Part shown: one piece after another, positions 1 to 10,520 of the stretch
Layout of the letters: the number at the start of each line of letters is the position of its first letter
Numbering within the stretch: the first letter of the stretch is position 1
Assembly (NCBI RefSeq): GCF_000143415.4
Contig: NW_003314269.1
Coordinates: 72,400-84,670 of the forward strand
Direction: 5' to 3'
Origin: Selaginella moellendorffii
Lineage: Eukaryota > Plantae > Lycopodiophyta
Length of the DNA stretch: 12,271 bases
The notes under the pieces: generated by a model
Seen by the model: only the letters and a program-made list of their open reading frames with translations
The model's database searches: none
Told to the model about the DNA's origin: nothing
Program-made: the position numbers and the translations under genes

Positions 1-918
1 GGTAGCTTCTGGACTAGCGCAGGCTAGGAAAGGCAGTTTGGCCAGGAAGGCTGTACCCAGTGTTGGGTGATGAGTTGCCATTGGGAAGTCCAAGACTAGA
101 GTGAATACGGACTAACAAGCGGGGTAGCTTGGTGAAGTGTTCAAGAGCCGGCTATGGTTCCCCCGGGAGATCGACTGGCCGATGCTCCCAGTCCAAGTGT
201 GGGTGGCACTACCTACTTGGATACCTGGCGTGGCTCAATGGAACCTCACTCTAAGCCCATGGCTAGAGTACCTAAAGGCGGAAGGCAGGGAGAGTACCCA
301 TGAGGCCCATGTAGGGCCACGGTGTTCCGAAATGTTGTCCCAAAGTCTCAGACTGTGGAAAGGAAGAGGAGTAGCCCTCTGGTGTGGTGACCAAGGATAG
401 TCACACAGCGAGGAAGTCCTAAAGGATAGTGGGACTTAGTGGCCAGGCCCATGGGCCTTGATCCAGTGGCAGTGTTGGCGAACACGGCCAAAGATAGAAA
501 GGGACTTGGTGGGGACCGGAATGGAGATATTGGGGAAGGCTATTCCCCATGTCTGTGGGCATCTTAAGGATGCTAAAAAGTGGATCTGGGATGATCACTC
601 ATGGACGGATGGCCCAATCTTTTAGAGACGGGACTGTGATGGAGGTGGTGTCAGACCACCGGTGTGACCAAAGTGAATGGGCATGGCCTCAGCATAATAG
701 GCCGATATGTTAGTGGTACCTTGGGGTGTCGGTCATGGGATCGGACACGTGGAGCACTTGGACCAAGTGCAATGGTTCAGTGGCATAGATGCCATTCTTG
801 GGGCTAGCAAGTCCCTAAGTCCAAAATAGGACTTATGGAGGTTGTGAGTGAGACTCCTCCAAGTGGTCGGAGGTGTGGATAAGTGACTAAAGTAGAATGG
901 AAAATTTAGTCGTTTACA
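1..918 (+). repeat. 5' LTR (3' portion; truncated by window start)
   Basis: About 22-918 aligns to about 5611-6504 and ends ...TTTAGTCGTTTACA. The first ~21 nt match poorly, possibly a low-quality read end. Confidence 0.95.
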
Positions 919-921
919 ACT

Positions 922-933
922 TGGTATCGGAGC
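922..933 (+). other. Primer-binding site for tRNA-iMet
   Basis: TGGTATCGGAGC, 1 mismatch to the canonical plant TGGTATCAGAGC, separated from the LTR-terminal CA by ACT. Confidence 0.92.
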
Positions 934-1028
934 TTTTCCTTAGTTCAACTTTTATTGGCGCTCAAGTAGTACACCATTGATGTTGGCATCGGAAGGTCTT
1001 AGGAGTGGGCTTATCCTTGAGGAGTAGT

Positions 1029-1640
1029 ATGTCAAGAGGACATGACTCTCCACTCAAGTTCATGCGTGAACTTGGGTGCGATGTGGTGGATAAAAAAGGG
1101 CCAATAAGGGAACGACTTTGGGATCTTGGGAATAGTATAAAGTTTCCTTAGAGAGTTGAGGATGGGATCCAGATGAGTGTTTGACACAGCAAATGGGCTA
1201 ATGTAGTTGTGGTAAACAACTATAGTCGGGATCATAGGAAAGATGCAGACTCCAAAACAATAAAGGAGTCACAAGATTATCCTCACATAGTTCAGGCTGG
1301 TGCTCATGAATTTGAGACCGGAATTGACGACCGTGAGAGGTTAAATACGGAAAAGGACACAAGTCCTTGAAATGGTAGCTGGGGCTACCTCTAATAAATG
1401 CTGGAACAACCCAAGGAGTTGGGGGTGTACTCAGAGGATGAGTTGGTATTCTCATCACATGGACAAGTGGTCATAAGGGGTGAAAGGTTGCCCCAAGAGA
1501 ACGAATCAAGTGTCGAAGTAACACTTGCAAAGATGGTCCTTGTGATTAGGACTTGAATACAAGAAGTTGTATTCCAGTGAGCTGGCACCTCAAAGGTAGG
1601 ACCTTATGGGTTGTCGGATGACAAAGTCCAAAAAGCTGGT
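1029..1640 (+). pseudogene. Possible decayed gag region
   Basis: Position between PBS and protease. The frame from ATG 1029 (MSRGHDSPLKF...) runs about 120 codons with 3 internal stops. No diagnostic gag motif recognised. Confidence 0.3.
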
Positions 1641-1828
1641 NNNNNNNNNNNNNNNNNNNNNNNNNNNNNNNNNNNNNNNNNNNNNNNNNNNNNNNNNNNN
1701 NNNNNNNNNNNNNNNNNNNNNNNNNNNNNNNNNNNNNNNNNNNNNNNNNNNNNNNNNNNNNNNNNNNNNNNNNNNNNNNNNNNNNNNNNNNNNNNNNNNN
1801 NNNNNNNNNNNNNNNNNNNNNNNNNNNN
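1641..1828. other. Assembly gap (188 N)
   Basis: Run of n in the sequence. Confidence 1.
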
Positions 1829-1921
1829 ATAGATATCCTAAGGATTGATGGAAGCATTTGGACTGAGGTGTGTTGTACCCTATGAAGGATGGGGGGGATC
1901 ATAGGATCCAAGTATGAGAAC

Positions 1922-4900
1922 AGAGGGTTTCTCATCGATGGTAGAATGTGCCATACTAAAGTCGTGGAAAGAGTTTCCTGGAAGAAAACAACTTTGACAC
2001 AAAGTTGTGCGTAAACTCTATGATGTAATGCTAATGGATAGTTGGCATGAGAAACGACTAGGTTGGTCTTGGCAAAGACCTAGACATAAGTGCAAAGTGT
2101 CATAAAGGTAAACTCATGGAGCTGATGGTGTGGAAACACCAAATGGGCCAAGGTATGATACCTTGAGGTTATGTTGATGGTTCATGAGAACCCCTCACCA
2201 AGGGAATCCCAATGGAAGTGGGAATGACATAGCCTAAGCTGGAAGGCATGTGGTAGAGTGTGGTGATCCGGATAATGATGGAGGTGTGGAAGCACCAGCA
2301 ATGAGTTGTAGGACTTGACAACTATGAAGCAGCTAAGCAAGAGGTGCAGATAATTGGTTAAACGGGTATAAGGTAGCTACCCAAGACTTCTTAATAGCAT
2401 AAAGAAGTTAAAGAAGTATACCCTTATCGGGGATAAGTTGCTTATGTTACGATATAGTAAGTCAATGTCGTAAAAGGAAATGCTCATTGTCAAGGAGGCC
2501 ATCATTGGGACACCCAAACACTCTAGAACACCAAAAAGTGGTGTTTAGTGTCGCGAGGGCAACAGATAAGGCTCAAGGGACAAAGTCCCTAGCGAATGAT
2601 GGATAGAAGGTGCTATCCAAACGTCCAAGGTTGCAGAGACGGGAGAATCTCTCTACCTAAATTGGACAAAGCCAAAAAGGGATTTTGGCAAGGCTAATAA
2701 TGGACATATAAAGGCTTATGAATAGCAACGTTAATCCCGGTGTGTGGGATTACAAGGTGAGTATACCCGGATTGAGGAACCACTCCCGAGGCTATCGGGT
2801 AGGTTCATCCCTATGAATACTTGTTAAGGCATGGTAGAAAGTGCAAAGCTATCTTCCTAGTCTAGAGGAGAATAATTGAAGGAAACATATGAGGCCAAAA
2901 AGCAAAGTAGTAAAGAGATGGAATTGAACCATAGAAATTTAAAGGGCATAACCAATGGTGGTTATGCAAGTTGGGAGTGGAGAATCAAGAGGGTGTTCGA
3001 GGATATTATTACTAGCAACCACAATGCCATGGAGAGTCTAAAATGTAGAATTATCTATGTTAGACTATATGGTGAGTAAGGAGCTTGCAAAGGAGAAGCC
3101 TTAGCAAGCTAAGAAATAGAGTTCCTTAAAGGTTCCCAAAAATAATTCTAGGTAGATAAGTACCTAGAAAGACAAGTGTAAATGGTTCCTAGAGCACGCG
3201 AAATCAGAGTGGCGCAACAGAAGTGTGGTCTTAAAGCTGTCCATGAGGCGAGGCTATCAAGGTTGGGGAAGTAGTTCCCGAGTGTTCAAAGAGAGGGCTT
3301 TGAATGAAAGTCGATGGTTAAAGATTTTCACGCTTATGCATGAACCATGTTACGGTGGCCGGATGACTTGCTAAGTGAGATTAGCAAGTCAGAGGAACAA
3401 ATCCCCTTGTCAAGCAAGAGGACTTGGCAGTGCGTGGGAACTAAGTTCCTAAGCTGTGATCTATAGCACACTTTAAGTACATGTTGGTGCACCAATATGG
3501 GGAGTCACACCAGGCATCTTGGATGATGCCTTTCGTAGATGCATATACGGAGGTTGGGTTTGAGTCCCGACCCTTTAGTGCTTGGGTTCGAGTCCCAAAT
3601 CACTAGGGTGTGGTGATGGTTTGGAATATGAGGACACTCATTTTTCGGTGGTCATGGGTTCTCAGTGAGAAGACTGGTTTGGGCACACTGCCAAGCGAGG
3701 GATGCCTCAGAGTCATGATGCACGGTTAGATTGCTTAGTGTGAAAGCTCGGCATATCTAACTTGAATGCTTTGGTGTAAGTGGCACCAAGGACGTAGTGA
3801 GTGAGATGGGGACACCTAATCTCAGTTGCTATGGACCCATGGCCGTAAGGGCTGGCTTAGGTGCACCGCCAAGTGTGGGGGATGCCCCCGGGGTTATGGT
3901 CAACAAGTTAAAGGTCTAGAAGACCAAGTACCTCTTGGCAACTCTGTTAAGGTGCCAAGGTGAGATCACTAGGTGATCTTATGGCCAAATAAAGATAAGG
4001 TCCTTGGTTGGCTAAGGAATGAAGTTCCTGGTTCAAAATGTTGATTTGAACTGTTTAAGGTGGTGTGGCTTGGTCAAGATGACCAAGTGGGAAGAGCACC
4101 TAAGGGAAATAAACTGTGTCCATGCGATGGCATAGTGAGTCCAAGGAAAGTAGTCTCTATAAGAGACCCATGGGAGGGTCACTAAATTGGGCTAGGAATA
4201 AAGCTATAGCAGAAAATGATAAAGAGACATACTAGGGGTGAATACCCTCTGGACTTGGCAAAGCAAAGTCTTTGCTATGAAACCGAAAGGATACCTCGAG
4301 AATGGAGGTAGTGATCTGATGTTGTTAGGTGCAGCAATCAAGGATATGAGCAAAAGACTAGTGGCTAAGAAAGAGCCATAGGAATCATGGGAGAGAATCC
4401 AAATGGCAAAATTAGGCCAAGAGCACTAATGTGTTGGGTGCTAATGGATTGTGGGAAAGGTAATGTTTTCCTATGGATGAATTCCCAACCACTCCGATTT
4501 GGCGAAAGTGGAAGCTCCAAGAGGGGAGCAGTAAGGTAGCCAAATAATAGAGCCGTGGGCAGCCCTAGCACAAATTATAATAACTGGAACTTAGTGCCAA
4601 AGATGGCACGATATCGAAGAGAGGATGATGGTGCCCTCAAATAAAAAACTTCTTAGGATGGGGAAGTGGAGTTGCACCATGTGCAACATAAAGTGTCAGA
4701 GACACTTAGGAAATTGACTCTAAGAAGTCAAAATTAAAAGTTCCAAAGTGTAAAGGTTATATCGATGGAATCTAAGACTACTCAAGAATGAGTAGTGGAA
4801 TTGAGTTAGGGAAGGTCTCTCTAACGGGTTTAGCGAGAATTGAACCAATAAAAGGGAGTAAACCACCCTAGGTGGCTGAATGAGTCTCTATGTTAGAGAG

Positions 4901-5056
4901 ACTATGCTCCTTAGAGGATGGACAAGGCATAGTGAGCCTTCGATGTCAAACCATAGACAAATATTGGCTAAGTGCCAAGGATGGAAATAGTAATACATGT
5001 GGGTGTTACTTTATAAAAGGGTTTACCATTCGATGAGGACATCGAACTTCGTCTAT
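1922..5056 (+). pseudogene. pol: Decayed, internally deleted Ty3/Gypsy pol relic (PR-RT-RNaseH-INT-chromodomain)
   Basis: Hand translation against typical Ty3/Gypsy motifs: FLIDGRMCH (1928; ~LIDSGATH) and YDVMLMDSWHEK (2019; ~YDVILGMDWL); YPRLLNSIKKLKKYTLIGD (2378; ~DYRALNK...KYPIPLI.D); RLMNSNVNPGVWDYK...SRGYRVGSSL (2712; ~MTS.PVL..PDY...DASGY.IGAVL); ESAKLS and NHRNLK (RNase H); LKAVHE...FE*KSMVKDFHAYA*T...RTWQCVGTKF (3230-3448; INT zinc region and W..ISMDF); KWEEHL...SL*ETHGR (4085-4177); RQILAKCQGWK**YMW (4955-5002; ~YLVKWKG....TW). Many stops. Confidence 0.7.
3632..3960 (+). repeat. Degenerate ~178-bp tandem duplication inside the integrase relic
   Basis: GGACAC at 3632 and 3810; CTGGTTTGGGCACACTGCCAAGCGAGGGATGCC (3674) versus CTGGCTTAGGTGCACCGCCAAGTGTGGGGGATGCC (3852). 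Both offsets are 178. Confidence 0.6.
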
Positions 5057-5068
5057 GGGTGGTGGAAT
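5057..5068 (+). other. Polypurine tract
   Basis: GGGTGGTGGAAT immediately before the 3' LTR TG. Confidence 0.8.
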
Positions 5069-6504
5069 TGTGAGACACAAAATTCCTAGGCCACAAAGTG
5101 GAGCTGGAAGGGTGCCATGTGGTAGTGGCCGAAGCGAAAACCAAATAAGCGTAACACATTTGGACTAAAAACTCCGACTTGAAAGGTCGAGAGCGGGAGT
5201 GGAACTCCCAACGAAGTGCTTGATGAACAAGCATGAAGTGAGAGATAAGTGAGTCTCTAGAAAAGTGACTCAAGAGGACCAACACATGACACATGGAAGG
5301 ACCCGAGATGGAGTCCGAGATGGAGTCTGAGATGGACCCGAGATGGAGTCCGAGATGGAGTCCGAAGTCGAGACCAAGACCGAGACCAAGACTGGGACCG
5401 AGACCGAGACCGAGACCGGGACCGGGACTGGGACCAAGACCAAGGCCGAGGCCAAGACTGAGCCCAAGTCCGAGTCTAAGTCCAAGTCCGAGTCCGAGTT
5501 CGAGTCCGAGCTTGAGGGGGTGAAAGCCCAAAGCATTTGTCTCCCAGATCCTGGGGGGTTTGGTGAGCTCCAAAAGTATAATAGGGGGAGGACTGCAGTG
5601 GAGCCAATTTGGCCAGGAAAGGCCAGTTTGGCCCAGGAAGGCTGTACCCAGTGTTGGGTGATGAGCTGCCCACTGGGAAGTCCAAGACTAGAGTGAACAC
5701 GGACCGACAAGCGGGGTAGCTTGGTGAAGTGTTCAAGAGCCGACTATAGTTCCCCCGGGAGATCGACTAGCCGATGCTCCTAATCCAAGTGTGGGTGGCA
5801 CTATCTACTTGGATACCTGGCGTGACTCAATGGAACCTCGCTCTAAGCCCATGGCTAGAGTACTTAAAGGCGGAAGGCGGGGAGAGTACCCATGAGGCCT
5901 ATGTAGGGCCACAGTGTTCCGAAATGTTGTCCCAAAGTCCCAGACTGTGGAAAGGAAGAGGAGTAGCCCTCTAGTGTGGTGACCAAGGATAGTCATATAG
6001 CAAGGAAGTCCTAAAGGACAATGGGACTTAGTGGCCAGGCCCGTGGGCCTTGATCCAGTGGCAGTGTTGGCGAACATGGCCAAAGATAAAAAGGGACTTG
6101 GTGGGGACCGGAACGGAGATATTGGGGAAGGTTATTCCCCATTTCTGTGGGCATCCTAAGGATGCTAAGGAGTGGATCTGGGATGATCATTCATGGACGG
6201 ATGGCCCAATCTTTGAGAGACGGGACTGTGATGGAGGTGGTGTCAGACCACCGGTGTGACCAAGGTGAATGGGCATGGCCTCAGTGTAACAGGCCGATAT
6301 GTCAGTGGTACCTTGGGGTGTTGGTCATAGGATCAGACACGTGGAGCACTTGGACCAATGGTTCAGTGGCATAGATGCCATTCTTGGGGCTAGCAAGTCC
6401 CTAAATCCAAAATAGGACTTATGGAGGTTGTGAGTGAAACTCCTCTAAGTGGTCGGAGGTGTGGATAAGTGACTAAAGTAGAATGGAAAATTTAGTTGTT
6501 TACA
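5069..6504 (+). repeat. 3' LTR, complete, 1436 bp
   Basis: TGTGAGACAC...GTTGTTTACA. Both ends are defined by homology to the solo LTR and the 5' LTR. Followed by CTACA (candidate TSD). Confidence 0.96.
5299..5510. repeat. LTR-internal tandem array (GGAGTCCGAGAT/GGACCCGAGAT, then CCGAGA and CCGAGT hexamers)
   Basis: Directly visible 12/11-mer units followed by 6-mer units, about 210 bp. Confidence 0.95.
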
Positions 6505-8373
6505 CTACAGAGTTTTGAGTGGTGATTCACTCATGCTTTCTTCTAGCTTTGTTATGGTGTTGATAGCATTGAAGTGATGCCTTGTTGTTAACATTGTTGA
6601 TGTTGAGATTTGAGTGAAATGATATGTCTCTCCTTTGGATTGATATTGAGTTTCATTAATCTCGATAAAAATTGTATTGATAATTTGGCTATGGCTTTGT
6701 GTTATTAGCATTTGTGTATTTGCTAATTAGCAACTGTATTGACGTTCAAATGAATTGAGTGGCAAGTTTGAGTTAGTGATGTTCTAGACGAGATTGTTTA
6801 GTAGAGGTTGAGCTTTAGCTTTTCCTTGAAAAGTGATTTAGTCGTGGACTATGCTAACTTTACAAATGGAAGAGTTAGTAATCGATATTGGAATGTTTAA
6901 ATCTTTATTGGATTTGAGTTGAAATATATCAATCATTGATGATTCTTCTTGTGCTTGTTATGGAGTTACATTTTGCTATAGATGGATTCATGGAGGATCG
7001 TTTAGTGATCACTTGTTGAGCATAGCTCCATGATTTCTTCTTTAGCATTGAAATTAGTTCATGCAAGACTTGTGATCATTGTTGGACAAGACTTAGCTAT
7101 AGACTTCTGGTTCTTTGAGTTTTATGCTCATTGTTCCATTTGTTAGGAGTTGTTAGGGAAGGCATTTTGGCTTATTAACTTCGATGTTGAAGTTGGCTTC
7201 TGCATTTAGCAATCATTGGTGATGATTGACTATCATCTAGGATAATTGATTCTCCTTGTTAAAGGTTTTGCTTAATTATTGTTGGTATAAAATGATTTGC
7301 TGTTCTTCGGGATGGTGGATTATTTCTTCAACAATGATTATGCATCTCTTCAATGATGGGATGATTAATGATCTTCATAATGGTTAGTTATTCTCTTTGA
7401 TGGCTTTTGGCTTTTCGCATTACCACATGTTCTTTGTGGTTTGCTCTGGATTAGTCTCTTGGGTTTGAGATATCAGTAGGATGTTGCTGACACTTGCTTA
7501 GGCAACTTGAGTTCTTTGGTGTTGTTAGTTGGGATCTATTCGGATTAGCTAGTGTGATAGTTGGCATGAATGACTGTTTGTTGGCCTTACCACATTCATT
7601 TTGTTCTGTCGATTATTGCTTGCGTTAGTTACAATAGATTGGGATGTTATTTCCTTTGGGTGATACATTCGCGAGCATTGTGCTTGTCAATTGATGATAC
7701 TTTGTGTTCTTTGAGTTATTTTTAGTAAGTTGTTTGACATACTGTCTACAACCTTCAGTAGTTAAGTTTTATCATTAAGTTTCCTTGGATGATATACTTG
7801 TTATTGAATTTTGTTGGATGGTGATTCCTATGTTTACCAATTATGATGATCTTGATGGTTCCTATACTATAATACTAGTTTATCAGATGATAATTTACTT
7901 GGAATACATTTGTGTTCTAATCTAAGATTTATTCACTGATATTTAGGTCTTTAAAATATCATTATCTATGACTTTGATATTGTCCATCTATTGATCTTTG
8001 TGTTTAGGTCAGTATAGGTAGACTAGTTTTGGCACTTCGTATGCACAGTGAAATCTTTAGTCATGGGGTAGCTACTGTCGACTGGTCACATAACCTGCCT
8101 CTCTGTTAATGTTCCTTATTCCGTTAAAAGGGTGTGACTGTGTAAACAACTCTAACTGCTTGTTTACAGTAATCTATCTAAACCTTACCGATGGGTTTGG
8201 TTTCTTTGTTCAGAAGGGTTGGGGCCTTTGGCTTCTCTCTCTATATCCCTACGCAGGCAGGGGCATATCACACTTTTGTAAGCTGAGTGATACCCAGAGT
8301 AGCAAGGGTGGCTAACTCCATTGGTCATTTCCTTGTCAGCGATGGCCGGAAGGTGTCTGAGTGGGTAGTGCAT
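6505..8373 (-). pseudogene. Decayed Copia gag(zinc knuckle)-PR-INT-RT relic
   Basis: Motifs listed for the host element; many stops and frameshifts; the minus strand is A/C-rich as typical of retroelement sense strands. Confidence 0.55.
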
Positions 8374-8646
8374 CTGTGTTAGACAAAGAGGTTGCCTCCT
8401 AACTCATTTAAGTTGGTGCATTTCTCACATAGTGTGATTACCGTGAGCTTTTTCTAGAGTTGTTTCCTTGGCAGTATTCTAGACTCGAGTATGCATTGAC
8501 GAGAACGTCAATCTTCCCTAAAGAGGGAAAGTTTCACGAATGTGACTTCGGGTATCAAAAGTTACTTGTTGGCTAGTCCTTACAAACACTCTTTCCTTAC
8601 TGCCATGATGGCAAGAGGTCAGTATTGCTGGACCCTTTATTAGTCC

Positions 8647-8651
8647 CTTTT
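8647..8651 (+). repeat. 5-bp target-site duplication CTTTT (left copy)
   Basis: Identical to 10516-10520. Confidence 0.93.
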
Positions 8652-10515
8652 TGTGAGACACAAAATCCCTAGGCCCCAAAGTGGAGCCGGAAGGGCGCCA
8701 CGTGGTAGTGGCCGAAGCGAAAGCCAAACAAGCGTAACATGTTTGGACTAAAAGCTCCGCCTTGAAAGGTCGAGAGCGGGAGTGGAACTCCCAACGAAGT
8801 GCTCGAGGAACAAGCACAAAGAGAGCAATAAGCGAGGCTCCAAAAAGGGACCCAAAAGGACCAACACATGACACGTGGAAGTGTCCGAGATGGACCCAAG
8901 TTGGAGTCCGAAGTGGAATCCGAGAAGGACCCTGAGATGGAGTCCGAGGTGGAGTCTGAGGTGGACCCGAGTTGGAGTCCAAAGTGGAGTCCAAAAAGGA
9001 CCTTGAGATGGAGTCCAAGGTGGAGTCCGAGGTGGACCCGAGATGGACCCGAGATCGAGTCCGAGATGGAGTCCAAGATGGACCTGAGACGGAGTCCGAG
9101 ATGGAGTCCGAGATGGACCCGAGATGGAGTCCGAGATGGAGTCCGAGATGGAGTCCGAGATGGACCCAAGATGGACCCGAGATGGGACCCGAGATAGACC
9201 CGAGATGGAGTCCGAGATGGAGTCCGAGGTGGAGTTCGAGGTGGAGTCCAAGATGGAGTCCGAGATGGACCCGAGATGGAGTCCGAGATGGAGTCCGAGA
9301 TGGACCCGAGATGGAGTCCGAAGTCAAGACTGGGACCAAGACCGAGACCGGGACCGAGACCAAGACCGAGACCGAGATCGGGACCGAGACCGAGACCGAG
9401 ATCGGGACTGAGACCGAGACCGAGATCGGGACCGAGACCGAGACCGAGGCCGAGGCCGAGGCCAAGTCCGAATCCGAGTCCGAGTCCAAGTCCGAGGCCG
9501 AGTCCGAGTTCGAGTCTAAGAGGGTGAAAGCCCAAAGCGTTCATCTCCTAGACCCTGGGGGGTTTGGTGAGCTCCAAAAGTATAGTAGGGGGAGGACTGC
9601 AGTGGAGCCAATTTGGCCAGGAAAGGCCAGTTTGGCCTAGGAAGGCCGGACCCAGTGTTGGGTGATGAGCTGCCCACTAGGAAGTCCAAAACTAGAGTGA
9701 ACACAGACCGACAGGCGAGGTAGCTTGGTGAAGTGTTCAAGAGCCGGCTCTAGTTCCCCCGGGAGATCGACTGGCCGATGCTCCCTGTCCAAGTGTGGGT
9801 GGCACTACCTACTTGGATACCTGTCGTGGCTCAACGGAACCTCGCTCTAAGCCCATGGCTAGAGCACCTAAAGGCGAAAGGCGGGGAGAGTACCCATGAG
9901 GCTTGCGTAAGGCCACGGTGTTCCGAAATGTTGTCCCAAAGTCCCAGACTATGGAAAGGAAGAGGAGTAGCCCTCTGATGTGATGACAAAAGACACGGTC
10001 ACATGGTGAGGAAGTCCCAGAGGATAGTTGGACTTAGACGTCGGGCCTGCGGGCCTTGATCCAGTGGTAGTGTTGGTGAACACAGCCATCGATAGAGAGG
10101 GACTTGGTTAGGACCGGAAAAGAGATATTGGGGAAGGTTATTCCCTAAGTCTGCGAGCATCCTAAGGATGCTAAGGAGTGGATCTGGGATAATCACTCAT
10201 GGATGGATGGCCTAGTCTATGAGAGACGGGATTGCAATGTAGGTGGTGTTAGACCACCAGTGTGACCAAGGTGAATAGGTATGGCCTCAATGTAACGGGC
10301 CAATATGTCGGTGGTACCTTGGGGTGTCGATCATGGGATCAGACACGTGGAGCACTTAGACCAAGTGCAAAGGTTGAGTGGCATGGATGCCATTCTCGGG
10401 GCTAGCAAGCCCCAAGTCCTAATTGGGACTTATTGAGGTTGTGAATGAGACTCCTCCAAGTGGTCGGAGGTGCGGTTAAGTGACTAAAGTAAAATGGAAA
10501 ATTTAGTCGCTTACA
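8652..10515 (+). mobile_element. Solo LTR of the same Gypsy family, 1864 bp
   Basis: TGTGAGACAC...GTCGCTTACA, full-length homology to 5069-6504, no adjacent PBS or PPT, flanked by CTTTT at 8647-8651 and 10516-10520. Confidence 0.96.
8883..9520. repeat. Expanded LTR-internal tandem array (~640 bp)
   Basis: Many GGAGTCCGAGAT/GGACCCGAGAT units, then CCGAGA hexamers with a 24-bp higher-order unit (about 3 copies near 9360-9431), then CCGAGG and CCGAGT. Confidence 0.95.
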
Positions 10516-10520
10516 CTTTT
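10516..10520 (+). repeat. 5-bp target-site duplication CTTTT (right copy)
   Basis: Identical to 8647-8651. Confidence 0.93.

Larger units (their letters stand above)
1..6504 (+). mobile_element. Ty3/Gypsy (chromovirus-like) LTR retrotransposon, non-autonomous/decayed, 5' end outside window
   Basis: Two direct LTRs (hand count about 47 substitutions in about 860 aligned bp), PBS directly after the 5' LTR, PPT directly before the 3' LTR, relic domain order PR-RT-RH-INT-CHD. Caveat: an N gap lies between the LTRs. Confidence 0.9.

Noticed and set aside
137-400. ORF MLPVQVWVALPTWIPG... recurring at 5774 and 9778
   Set aside because: Recurrence follows from LTR homology; stop positions differ, many changes are non-synonymous, and no domain was recognised.
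1546-1935. ORFs spanning the N run
   Set aside because: Open only because N codons are not stops.
4968-5736. Long ORFs with GLGLGL, RPRPRP, SVSVSV and MESEMESE tracts
   Set aside because: They arise on both strands from the stop-poor 6/12-bp tandem array in the LTR; not genes.
8495-8530. Two adjacent short hairpins (ATTGACG/CGTCAAT and TTCCCT/AGGGAA)
   Set aside because: Stems of 6-7 bp are expected by chance; bacterial-style terminators are irrelevant here.
8883-9520. CRISPR-like repeat array
   Set aside because: No unique spacers, units too short, no cas genes, eukaryotic LTR context.
8518-9740. ORFs of 222-323 aa in the solo LTR
   Set aside because: Same array artefact; length tracks the array expansion and 11-mer units shift the frames.
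5069-10515. 3' LTR plus solo LTR as the two ends of another element
   Set aside because: No PBS after 6504, no PPT before 8652, and the solo LTR has its own matching TSD.
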